From Schmidtea polychroa (lineage: Eukaryota), in assembly GCA_044892525.1 (NCBI GenBank), contig CM097885.1:3040001-3104000 (forward strand): a DNA stretch of 64,000 nt. Direction: 5' to 3'. Below, one piece after another: positions 51,301-63,061 of the stretch (position 1 is its first letter; each line of letters opens with the position of its first letter). The notes under the pieces were generated by a model, which was given only the letters and a program-made list of their open reading frames with translations, was not told the DNA's origin and searched no databases. The position numbers were made by a program, and so were the translations under genes.

Positions 51301-53345
51301 GGTAGAAAATGCCGTGATTTGTATGGTCTGATCTTTTAATTTGATCTGGTAGAATCCTTTTTGAGCATCTATTACCGAGAAGAACTTCGTGTTTCTTATT
51401 CGCCCATAAATGTAATCTAATAATGGTATTGAGTGACTAACCTTGCATGTTGCCTTATCACCATGGGTTAGTCATGGCACAAATGAACAATCTGTCTTTC
51501 GTTTTCAACTACTATCATTGGTGATTGATATGATGATTTACTATGTCTGATTATTCCATGTTTCAACATCAAATTCACCAGCTTATCCACTAATTCCTCC
51601 AAACTGAATGGGATTCGGTACGGTCTCAACATGATGGGTTCCTGTTATTGAGGATAATCTTGTTTTTTAAAAAAAATTGTCTTTCCCAGGTCATATTCAT
51701 ATTTCGCTTGATCGTATTTTCTTAATAACATATTGACCTGGATATTTTCTTTTCTGATAAGAATCTTGCTATTGGCTGTGGAAGCATCATAATACTCAAC
51801 ATTTGGGTCCCTTTCCTTCCCTTTTATTGTAAGTATTGATCCTTCTCCCGTGGCTTGTGATTCCTTTTGGTTCCAAATTCTACCCACTCTGGTATCCGGG
51901 TATAAGCATATTGGTCTCACGTCCAAATGTACTACCCTAATTGGTATTCTGACATATTCTGACTACGAGACCCACGCTATGAGTAACTGGTATATTGTAT
52001 TTCTCAGAGAACTTCTTACCTGGTTCGAATACAATTTCACCTTCCCAACTATTACTTGTGGCTATAAGGCATACGGTTTCTGCCCGCGGTGGTATTATAG
52101 TTGTATGATCTATATATGCTGTATCATCGTTATAAATTTTCCTTTTTACCCTCGTGCTCGGATTAACAATCCCGTTGCACAATCGAATTCTACTCCTTTT
52201 AATCTTTTTAAAATGTCCATTCCCAATAGACATTCTGCCGGGCAGCTTCTCATCACTATGATGTCGTGATGAAGCTCTTTATCGCACAGCTTAATCTGAC
52301 ATGATAATGATCCTATAATATTTAATGAGGATTCACTTGTTCCTGTTAATGATACTCCGACCGAATTCAAAGATTGTAATTCAAGTTAGTTTAACATTTT
52401 TGCCTCAATTATGGTACCGTCTGCCTCTAAATCAATCACTGTGTTGACAGAGTGCCGGTTGACTTTTATTTTTATCATTGGTTTCTTGTCTAAATTCACC
52501 AGATTATTCACCACAAAGATTGTATTATGCGAAATACCGATTGTACTCGCTTTGGTTTGTTCTTCTTCCAATATTGCCGGATCACGAAATTGAGGATTAT
52601 ATTCTTTGAATTTTTCTTTAAGTGTTTCCAACGCTTCCTTTGGATAATACATTTGAGGTGTTTCCAGTAAAGCGCGTTAGATTATTGAATATTGCATCCT
52701 ATCCGATCTTCCATTGGTGTTGCCCTGTTCTGATGGTTGTTGCATATGAATGTTTAAACCCGTCTTTCGGTGCGGATGGTAAACTCATCAGGGCTGGCAA
52801 CTGTACATATCGTAGATTTCTTTTAAGTTTGGGTGATAATATAGCAAATTTCGGATCTGAGCTTTCGTGTTCTCCTTCTGAAATTTGTCTTTTCCCTTAA
52901 ATTTCCTTTGCTTGTCGTATATTCTTAAAATTGGGACTTTTTTCGGTGACTGTTCGGTTTTTTGTTATAGTTTTGTTTTCGAGATTGATTTGGTCTCGAT
53001 GATTTGTTTCGAGAGTCTATATTACCTCTTACCTTCTGTCATCGTCCAGGTAACTAGAATACTCCTCCATCTCTATTCCAACTACTTCGTGTTTTACCAA
53101 ATTTCTCTGTCGAATCTCTTTGATCTCTTTTCTGTAGTGTTTAAATAATGCAATTCTGCACACATCGAACATAGTCCTAATAGCAGTTTCCATGACCAGC
53201 CTCCAATTTATATATGCTGTTAATCGACATTAGTTGTGTGATTAACAACTTTAAAATTACAAATATTGCATAGATTCCGGCGACGAAAATACCAAAATTC
53301 GTAAATCGCCCCCATATTTTCATCATCACATTCTTGGCTGCTTCT
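48340..53345 (-). mobile_element. Decayed relative of the 5445-20745 element (Env TM - PR - RT - ORF2 fragments)
   Basis: KIWGRFTNFGIFVAG and WSWKLLLG (53170-53340); IKVNRHSV..ID; YPDTRVG..ERDPNVEYYDA; RT PDPANVEKVKN; ORF2-like VTPRQQVKHYQ..ICDGKILV. Confidence 0.9.
49360..49750 (-). mobile_element. Penelope-like RT fragment
   Basis: PTMASIF...YKRYVDDIF...NIKFTCETE...IAFLDL. Confidence 0.8.
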
Positions 53346-53429
53346 GAAAGGCTTAAATTATCACTTTATTATTTTAAATAATAAATGCTGCTACCAAGAA
53401 ATCATCACCTTATATGTGTAATATTATTA

Positions 53430-55000
53430 TTATGGCCAGTTGTATTTTTTTGAATTTATTGTTAGGGTTAGTAAATGTTGGCCAAATCTTTTAATACTGA
53501 AGCCATTTGCAGCGGTTAGTAATTTTTCTGTAATTTTTGCATTTTTGTACATGTAATGGGGTCGTAAAGAGATCACAGAGCTGTGTCGATTAGAAAATCG
53601 GTATTGTTTGAATGCATCATGAAAGTGTTATTTTTGTCACCAAATGTGGGTGCTATCAATGTCTCCAATATTATTTTGGAAATAGCAATGATTTTTCTTT
53701 AAAAAATCGTTTCTTAATTCTCTTTCTGGGCTATTGTTCCGCTAGTTGTGGTATCGGTTTGAAATATTCGACCGGCTTTTGTAGTGATTGTTTGAGAATT
53801 AACTGCGACTGTATTTTTGCTTTTTGTTTCTGTGATTCGTTTTCACCTGAGAATTAAATATTTCAATGACTTATTAAGATAATTTTAAATGATAAATAAT
53901 GGACTATTAAAATAAGTTTTAAAATAATTTTTAAATTGAAAAGAGATTTTGGGTTATATCGAAATTTTAATAAATGGATTTTTGAAAAATTTTTTTTCAA
54001 CGCTGAAAATTTGTTTGAAAATTAGACAATATTTCATTAAATAAATACTTGTACTTGGAATTATGGCGTTAACTTTTGAACCGGGTTTAAAAATAATTTA
54101 GAAGATGTGTTAGCAGCTTTTAATAGTTTCTATTGTATCAGTCTGTAGTTTGGTTTGAACTGAAGTTTTGCCTGTTGCATTTCTCTTTTATTTCAGCCAG
54201 TTCTGCTTTTATTTGTCTGTTTTTGACAGTTATTTCGTCGAATTTGTTAGTTTATGTGTTTATTAGTTGGTTTGATATTTTGTTTGATTCAGTATTTTTA
54301 TTGTTTGTCTGGTTGTTGTAATTTGTTTTGTTTCTGTTGTAGGTTTGAGTACTAGATATTGTAGGTTAGATTTCCTCATTGGTTTTGTCTGCTATGTCCG
54401 CAAGTATGTCGACATTCGCGTTACTACTAACGGTTATAATGCGTCTGATTTCCGGTGGCATCACACGCACAAAATTTCCTTCACTAATTCGATTGAACCG
54501 AAGTTTGTTATATTTGGTTTTAGATACTCAAATTTTTGTTTCAATTGTCGTAGGAAATCAGTGGGTTTGTTGTCCCTTAACTGTGTATTGTTGAGGCATG
54601 ATTCGAACATTTGCCTTCTGTTGACTTTGTTTTTGTTAGTGATGATATATCACAGTTTTGCAAAAGGGTTATAGCCTTTTGAGATCTAATCTATTTGGTC
54701 AGAGATTTCGTTTAGTTTGTTGCTAAGCAGTGCTGATATTATGTTGGAGCATAGAGATTTTGTTGAATTGACTTCAGATAGCGTTAATGTTTGTTTCACG
54801 AATTCTAACCATTTTTGTAGTGTTCCGTTATCGTCGGAAAAGTAGTTAAGGATATTTGTTTTGTGGTTGATTATTGAGTTAATGGCGTGTGTGTGCTTTC
54901 TGTGCTGGTATTGGGGTTATAATAATAGCTAGTGTTTTCCGTTGTGTGAGCGTTTTTGTTGTTGTTGGGTATCTGGAGAGTGTTTGATGAGTTTTTTTGA
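53430..55000 (-). mobile_element. Heavily decayed retroelement (gag-like fragment)
   Basis: Minus strand QLRDNKPTDFLRQL (54545-54590) resembles the LGDRKPS.FLR gag motif; otherwise interrupted by stops. Confidence 0.35.
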
Positions 55001-55479
55001 TTTGATACCATTTGTTTGTTTTGTTGTAGTTTGTTAATGTTTGATGTGATAAAAAATGAGTTTATTTGAAGGATATGGCTTACTGTGTCCAGCGAAAAAA
55101 GTTACTAGCCTTTATAGTTCTAAATTAACTATGCTAAAAGGTTTCGTCATTGAAGAACAGGTCTGTCGAATGCTAGTGTGTTGTTTTGGATATGTTTGAC
55201 CACTAACACCAGTTATGTTGGTGTTCTATTAAATACTTGTTTGGGAATAATTTTTAATGATAAAAGGATTTTAATGTTTATAACAAATTGTAGGACCCAA
55301 CAGAGTCTCTGCAAAAAATTGTTTGGGACAGTTGGATTTAATATAAATGAAATATAATTAACATCAAAAAAATCCTATACAGAAACGGATATCAAGATTA
55401 AGACATTGCAAGAATGAATTCAACCCAAAATAGATCTAGGGAAATAAAACAAATAAAGAATAAATATTTTTATCTGAAT

Positions 55480-55860
55480 ATATAATTCATCAGTGACGTT
55501 CTCGACTTCAAGGTCCTAAAAGAATTGAAACACACCGGCCTTCCAATTCGTATAGCACATTAATCCTGGACATTGAGAGAAAACTGTCAGACACCAAAAG
55601 AGATGTGGTTTCGTAAAAACATTGTCTATTGCATAACGTCCAATGTATGCAAGGAAATATACATTGGAAGTACGCTCAGAACCTTGAACCAAAGAGTTAA
55701 AGAACACCTGGATCTTGGTGGAAAATTCTCGGTATACAGATATCTCCAACAATGTCAGCCAAGAAAAGAAAGAAAAAATATTTCTTTCAACATCTTAGTC
55801 AATGGAAGCATCCAATAAAATGTCAGATATAAAGAAGCTATTGAAACACTAAAGAAAAGA
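55480..55860 (+). mobile_element. Penelope-like GIY-YIG endonuclease fragment
   Basis: KNIVYCI..C.EIYIGST.R.L..RVKEH. Confidence 0.8.
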
Positions 55861-56257
55861 TCAATGAAATCATCAATCTGATTTGTTGTTTTTGACCTTT
55901 TTATAAAAAGATAAATGAAAAATTAAAAAATAATAATTTAAAATTTAAAATAATATAGATAAATATATCAAATATACTTTTAAAAGATCATTAAGACTAA
56001 AAATAAAAAATAGAAATATTTTTTAAAAATATTTAAATTGCGTGCATAAATAGTTATTGGAATACATATTTTATAAATATCTATGATAGTATTTATTAAA
56101 ATAGGTTTCTATGAGCTAAATATAGAAGCTTTAAAAATTTAACAAATATTTTTTAGTTTCATTTTGAATTTAAGAAAATATTAAATAAAAGAAAATTTTT
56201 TAATTTAAAATTCTTCAAAAAAGAAACATGATTATTATTATGATTATAATTATTATA

Positions 56258-56419
<162 letters not shown>

Positions 56420-56734
56420 TGTTTCGACCAGTCAGAGGGGGATTGCCTCTGACTGGCATTTATTTGGCTTTTTTCTATCGCGTCTGTGTGCGCGGTCTGG
56501 TTAGACCAATTCTTGTTGGTGTGCGCACACAGACGCGAGAAGTAGGTTTTGATTTTTTGTACAATGTGATTTATGAATTGATTTTTTTAGGGTTTTAATA
56601 GAAATTCTGTAATTTTGGTAGAAATTAGATTTTGGTTTGATTTGTTTTAAACGGAATGATTGGTGGGGTTTTTAAATGGAAAATTCGGGAAGTGGAATAA
56701 TAGTTTCGTTTATTGGAATAAATTTTGAATTTGG

Positions 56735-57085
56735 TGGAGTATTGGTTCACTGTCGTGCTGGAATATCAAGAAGTGGAACTATTTTGACGGCTTATTTAAT
56801 GAAACATTTTAAAGTTGGTCCAAACGATGCGATTGAGAAAATTAAGGAAAAGTCATTTATATGTCCAAATGATGGATTCATGAAACAATTAAAGATATAT
56901 TTCAACATGAATTGTAGTGGTGATTACAAAAGTGATGAGTACAAACAATTTATCCGCTTATTTTCTCCAGATGAAATCAATTAATGCACAAATACAGTTT
57001 CTCAAGCTCAATTTAATTTATCAGCATCTTCAAAAGATTTAGTTCAATTCAACTGTAGAAAGTGTCGATTTTTATTATTCAACAA
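56735..57085 (+). pseudogene. DUSP12/YVH1-like phosphatase fragment in the 5' LTR
   Basis: VLVHCRAGISRS, CPNDGFMKQL; premature TAA at 56982; then CRKCR. Confidence 0.8.
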
Positions 57086-57093
57086 GACAGTAC

Positions 57094-58812
57094 TTGGAAG
57101 GGAAGCCGCTGCAATTAATTGCCTATATTGGATATGGCTCGCAGGCTTTCGAGGCGGCGATGAAATTACTTGATGAAAGGTATGGGGGACCAGAAAGATC
57201 CTATTCCATGATGCTGGATGCGGTGCAGAGGTTCTTCCCAGTGAGGCTCAACGTCTTGGAGGACCTAGAGTGGTTTGAAGAGCTGCTAGGAAACCTCATC
57301 CTGAATTTCAAGGATCAGAAGAGGGAAGGCGAGTTGAACAACGGAATGTTGTATCACCAACTGCTGAAGAAGCTGCCAGAGACCATGCTGATTCAGTGGT
57401 CACGCCATTGTGATTCGGGGAGAGAGGGAAATGTGCAAACGCTAGCCGAGTGGATCAAACAAGAAGCCGATAGGCATCGAAAAGCCTTGAATATATTGTT
57501 TGGGGAGAGAACTCCAGGGAGTAGGAAGGATTTGGGGACATTGAAAAAGTTCACAAACTTCATGGAGAGAAAACCAATTGCGAGAAATCAAGCTCCAAGA
57601 TGTTCGCATTTGGCTCAGAGCTATTTTGCAGTAACTGAAATGTTAAATGACGAGTTACATGCAGTTCGGGGAATTGAAGGCACAAAACTCGACAGGAGTA
57701 AGTCATCTAATGAAGAGCAAGGAGCTCAGAGTCATTTAGATGGGCAAATACCCAATTCTGGGGATACTAACGAATTAATTAACGGCATTGCAATCAGACA
57801 AAATTTCTTTGAGAATAACGAAATAGATTCCATAGATGTAATAAATCCTTCCGATTCAAAAAATGAGTCAGATATCGAAAATAATGAAGATGAAAATGAC
57901 GGAGAAATGATTATTCATGATGTAGATAATTCTGAAGAAATGGATTATATTAAAGAATGTGATGAAAATGATGAAACACATGAGAACAAAAATGCTAGCG
58001 AAGATGGAGATAGTGAAAGCAATGAATGTGATAATTTACAATCTAACGATATTATAAATCAAGATGACATAGAGCAAAATCGAGTCAATGAGAACGAGAA
58101 TAAGTATTCTGAATTTGTAAAAAATAATACTGAACTATTAGACAAAGATGTTGATAAAGGAGACCAAGTTACAGCAGATGAATTAGAAAATATTGTCAAA
58201 AGTCACAATCAAGAAGAAAATTTTGAAAGTAAACATAATGAAACTGAAGTAGATGTGTCAGACAAGAATGAAAATCATAATAGTCATGTAGGCACAGATG
58301 TTGTCGACATTAATGTTATCGAAAGACCGAATTCTTTGGTAGAAGATAATTTTCAAAACATGGAAGACTTGGTTAATGTTCAAACGGATTCTGCTTCCTC
58401 AGAAAATCATTTAGAAGCTGATCGAATTATGCCAGATTCTGAGAGCAATGACAGTGATATTAGTGGCGATATTGTTAAAGATCATACATCCGACACAGCT
58501 AAAGATTCTGAACAAAATACATTCACTCAACCAACGTCTGCTGTAGATGATACCATTGAAGACTATTCACCTGGTTCCCCTTCATTAAATGAAATGCAAC
58601 AGGGAAAAGTGGGGACTATTGAATTGGCGAAACATGCAGGAAGGATAATGGAGATATTGCAGCGAAACAGAATGAAAAGTGGCAGGGGCTTGGTCGAGTA
58701 TGGCGATGGTGGGAGGAGAATCCACCATGATGTATCCAGAAAGGTGCGTGGTGCGGCGGCCTACACCATAGCAAGATGGGTGTGTGAGGGGTATTGGAGA
58801 TATGCAAAATGA
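57094..58812 (+). CDS. Pao gag (DUF1759-like) fragment fused to a long acidic low-complexity region
   Basis: 572-aa frame with no RT, RNaseH or IN core. Confidence 0.55.
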   Translation: MEGKPLQLIAYIGYGSQAFEAAMKLLDERYGGPERSYSMMLDAVQRFFPVRLNVLEDLEWFEELLGNLILNFKDQKREGELNNGMLYHQLLKKLPETMLIQWSRHCDSGREGNVQTLAEWIKQEADRHRKALNILFGERTPGSRKDLGTLKKFTNFMERKPIARNQAPRCSHLAQSYFAVTEMLNDELHAVRGIEGTKLDRSKSSNEEQGAQSHLDGQIPNSGDTNELINGIAIRQNFFENNEIDSIDVINPSDSKNESDIENNEDENDGEMIIHDVDNSEEMDYIKECDENDETHENKNASEDGDSESNECDNLQSNDIINQDDIEQNRVNENENKYSEFVKNNTELLDKDVDKGDQVTADELENIVKSHNQEENFESKHNETEVDVSDKNENHNSHVGTDVVDINVIERPNSLVEDNFQNMEDLVNVQTDSASSENHLEADRIMPDSESNDSDISGDIVKDHTSDTAKDSEQNTFTQPTSAVDDTIEDYSPGSPSLNEMQQGKVGTIELAKHAGRIMEILQRNRMKSGRGLVEYGDGGRRIHHDVSRKVRGAAAYTIARWVCEGYWRYAK

Positions 58813-59188
58813 AAATTTCCCCTGAAGTAATTGGGTGGTTGATCCGCTAGAAGGGATCAAGGAGGGGGGAAATGTTTCGACCAGTCAGAGGGGGATTGCC
58901 TCTGACTGGCATTTATTTGGCTTTTTTCTATCGCGTCTGTGTGCGCGGTCTGGTTAGACCGATTCTTGTTGGTGTGCGCACACAGACGCGAGAAGTAGGT
59001 TTTGATTTTTTGTACAATGTGATTTATGAATTGATTTTTTTAGGGTTTTAATAGAAATTCTGTAATTTTGGTAATAAATTAGATTTTGGTTTGATTTGTT
59101 TTAAACGGAATGATTGGTGGGGTTTTTAAATGGAAAATTCGGGAAGTGGAATAATAGTTTCGTTTATTGGAATAAATTTTGAATTTGG

Positions 59189-59610
59189 TGGAGTATTGGT
59201 TGACTGTCGTGCTGGAATATCAAGAAGTGGAACTATTTTGACGGCTTATTTAATGAAACATTTTAAAGTTGGTCCAAACGATGCGATTGAGAAAATTAAG
59301 GAAAAGTCATTTATATGTCCAAATGATGGATTCATGAAACAATTAAAGATATATTTCAACATGAATTGTAGTGGTGATTACAAAAGTGATGAGTACAAAC
59401 AATTTATCCGCTTATTTTCTCCAGATGAAATCAACAAATGCACAAATACAGTTTCTCAAGCTCAATTTAATTTATCAGCATCTTCAAAAGATTTAGTTCA
59501 ATTCAACTGTAGAAAGTGTCGATTTTTATTATTCAACAATTCAAGTGTTGTTGAGCACAGTAAAATGAAAGCTTCGAAAGCAATAAATGAAAACACAGTT
59601 TGCAACACGG
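59189..59610 (+). pseudogene. DUSP12/YVH1-like phosphatase fragment in the 3' LTR
   Basis: VLVDCRAGISRS (H->D), PNDGF, FNCRKCRFLLF...H (start of the YVH1 Zn domain). Confidence 0.8.
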
Positions 59611-59863
59611 AAATCAGAAATTATTCAATTGAAGAATTATCCAACCGATTTTCTCAGTTGTCAGAATTATATGACTATCAGGGTACTTTGACGTTTATTT
59701 CTTGGATACCAGAAACAATGAAAATCAATCGTCTGTCCTTCTTAATTAGTTTAATGACATTTGTTTTCTCTGACAATTGCAATATTATTAAAAGTTTTAA
59801 GTCAATATCCTATTTTGAGGAAAATAAAAGCTTGATTCAGGCGTTTGAACTTTATCTAAAACA

Positions 59864-59941
<78 letters not shown>

Positions 59942-61003
59942 GTTGTTGGGTTTTTAGTTAATTTAAGTCGATTACCTCTGACTCCTCGTGTCTTTTAAAT
60001 CAAAATAATAATGACCCAACGTATATTGAAATAGCAAAATTCACAATCTTTTCTCACCACTTTACAATCAATAATCAAAGTTACGTTTGACCGATTCTCA
60101 GCACGGTGTTGATGCTTTGTAAATAGATAATATTAAACTTTTATTTCTTTAAATTCTCTTAACCCACGTTTTCCTCTTTTTTCTGTTTGATTTGATTCTT
60201 TTTCACCTTTTCGTATTCCTATTCTATATCTTCTTTTCCCTAATCTCCTTAATTCATTTTTACCTATTCCTAATTCGGTTTCTTTTAACCCTAGCTGAGG
60301 CAAAATGCCGATTTGCTCTGATTTTTCCCTTCATTATATACTTCTCAAAATCGGGATGACAAATGGTTATTGCCGAGCCAATCTTTCACTTGACATTTGC
60401 TTCCACGTATCTGCTTCGGCTGTCACCCGTAATGGTCCAACGAACAAAGATAATTAATGGCCTGTCCGGCCTTTCTACACGCACTATCGTCTCCTTGCTC
60501 TTTTCCAAATAATTATTGTGTCAAGCAATGGGCCCAAATCTTCCTTCTGTTTACTTTTCTTCTTGTTTACCCAGCTCGGGTTTCCTTCATCTCTCGGGTT
60601 CTTCATTGGCTCGGGTTTCTCATTAGCTAGGGTTTTCTATATGTCAATTAATTAATTAATTTACGTTTTCTGTTTTTACACATTTGAATGCTTTTCGACC
60701 CTTCCTAACCATTTTCTGATAAATCCCTAACAATCATCTTGTTCACCATTAGCTAATCTATACCTGTCCCATTTTCCCAATTCGATTTCGATGATTTTAC
60801 AATTTATTGATTTTTCTCGGATTTCCGGATTCTTGCCTTTCGTAATTGCTTTAGGCATTTTTTAATACTGCTTCCATCACACTTTCCTTTACTATTGATT
60901 CTGTGCATGATCACGCTTTTATTTGTCTTTTTTCTTCACTTACTTATTATTTAAATTATTAACCTAAATTTCATTTCAATTTATTTTAATTTACGGACCT
61001 CAA

Positions 61004-61081
<78 letters not shown>

Positions 61082-61085
<4 letters not shown>

Positions 61086-61276
61086 TAAAACAATAAAATA
61101 ATAATTTAAGCCTTTTACTGCAAATAATGTATTTAATGAAAGAATTTTCGACTATAAGATAGTCCTTGTCAATCTTTGACAGATATTGACAAGGACTATC
61201 TTATAGTCGAAAATTCTTTCATTAAATACATTATTTGCAGCAAAAGGCTTAAATTATCATTTTATTGTTCTAAATA
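61082..61276. repeat. Near-perfect palindrome (~92-bp arms) between (ATT)n tracts
   Basis: ...GACTATAAGATAGTCCTTGTCAAT / ATTGACAAGGACTATCTTATAGTC... Confidence 0.9.
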
Positions 61277-61308
61277 GTAAATGCTGCTACCAAGCAATCA
61301 TCATTTTA

Positions 61309-61390
<82 letters not shown>

Positions 61391-61443
61391 ATTATTATTA
61401 CAATTATTATTACAATTATTATTATTACTATTATTATTATTAT

Positions 61444-61809
61444 TAATACAGAAACGCCAACTCAATAAATTCAACATAAAAGCGATATATTTCAATTGTA
61501 CAACAATCTTCGTCAGGCCGCAATCTGGATAATCAATAATAAGACATAAAATATGCAATATCTAAACAAATTAACTAATAATTATCATCTCCAAACTGTA
61601 TCAAAAATTTTAAAAACATTTCACAAAAAAATGTTTTTAAAAAATCTTTGAAACAGTTTGGAGATGATTATTATTAGTAAATTTGTTTAGATATTGCATA
61701 TTTTATGTCTTATTATTGATTATCCAGATTGCGGCCTGACGAAAATTGTTGTACAATTGAAATATATCGCGTTTATGTTGAATTTATTGAGTTGGCGTTT
61801 CTGTATTAT
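61444..61809. repeat. Inverted repeat (~165-bp arms) between (ATT)n tracts, with a hammerhead-like core
   Basis: AATACAGAAACGCCAAC... / ...GTTGGCGTTTCTGTATT; CTGACGA...GAAATATATC at 61736-61768. Confidence 0.85.
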
Positions 61810-61836
61810 TAAATCATTGCCACGTTTTTTTGATTA

Positions 61837-61907
<71 letters not shown>

Positions 61908-62113
61908 GCGATCAAATAATAAGATCAACAAATGAACCTAAATTGATCCTTATCCAAATAACATTTAGAACGATTTGAATTTTCTTCCTATTCAAACAAA
62001 GTTTCAAATTGGATTACACTTGTTTACCTCTTGAAAATGTTTGTTTAATGGAATGGCTGGTAAAATCCCATTATAAAAGTTGGCGGATCCGGAGTCCATT
62101 AATTCCAATTGTC

Positions 62114-63061
62114 ATGAGAAGTTTATTTTGCCTTTTGTTGATAGTTGCGGCAGTTAGCTACGTATCTGGCCAATGCGGATGTCCCCGCCAAGTATTCAAT
62201 TGCCTATCAATTGCTTAATGTATAATTGTATTGCTTCTGTAGAAACTGCTCAAACGAGGCCACGACAGCATGCACCTGGGAGATATGGTGCTTGACAAGA
62301 GTGACATTGCACTGATCAATGGGGTAAATATCATATTATATGCCTTCATCATTTGATCCCATTCAAGTTCAAAGCTCATTACTCGAATTCCAAAAGATGG
62401 CCAAATAATCAAGTTTTGTTTTCATTTGCTCCAGCTTTCCGTTAGTTTATTTCATTGATAAAGGTTTTCTATATTTTCATTGTGCTCCATTGCAGCTGGT
62501 GACAAAAAGGGCATCGTACGAGAGTGCTTAGTGGAATTGCAAAGGGATCTGGGAAATTGTGTCAAATTCAGTGAATCAAGTGCCAGCCATTATATTGAGG
62601 TACAATCTCTCAATCAAGGTTGTTACTCTCTCTTGGGTTACACCGGAGGACCGAAACAACCATTGAACTTGCAGAATCCTGGATGTATGTACTCGAAAGG
62701 AACAATCAAACACGAATTCATCCACGCCTTGGGATTCATGCATACCCACATGAGAAAGGATAGAGATAACCACATCACTATCAAATGGGATAGAATCTTG
62801 ACCACTCGTAAGTTTCATCTTTTACCTATATCAAGTTAGCAATTTGTAATTGATGCAGACTGCAGTCAATTTGTGAAGTGTGAAGGTTGCGAATTGGACG
62901 GACCGTACGAAACCAACAGTGTAATGCATTATCCAAGCTACGGATTCGCTTGCGTTCCCGGAGAAAATGTCGTATTTAAACGAGACGGAGGACTGATTGA
63001 TTACAATCACGTAACAACAAGAAATGATTTGGACATGGTCCGAAAATTTTACGAATGTTAA
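62114..63061 (+). CDS. Secreted astacin metalloprotease, near-identical duplicate of 46974-47926
   Basis: Same exons, introns and promoter with few substitutions. Confidence 0.92.

Larger units (their letters stand above)
56420..59863 (+). mobile_element. Non-autonomous BEL/Pao LTR element inserted in (ATT)n
   Basis: Direct repeats 56420-57085 and 58873-59539; PPT GGAGGGGGGAAA before 58873; outer ends TGTTT...AAACA bounded by ATT repeats; Pao gag motif AFEAAMKLLDERYG. Confidence 0.8.

Noticed and set aside
57078..57085. TTCAACA as the true end of the Pao LTR
   Set aside because: No PBS follows, gag starts mid-domain, and the DUSP frame continues in the 3' copy to an AAACA end at 59863; better explained as a deletion breakpoint.
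60000..60990. Possible LINE ORF1 remnant on the minus strand
   Set aside because: Purine-rich, coding-like strand bias but no convincing motif.
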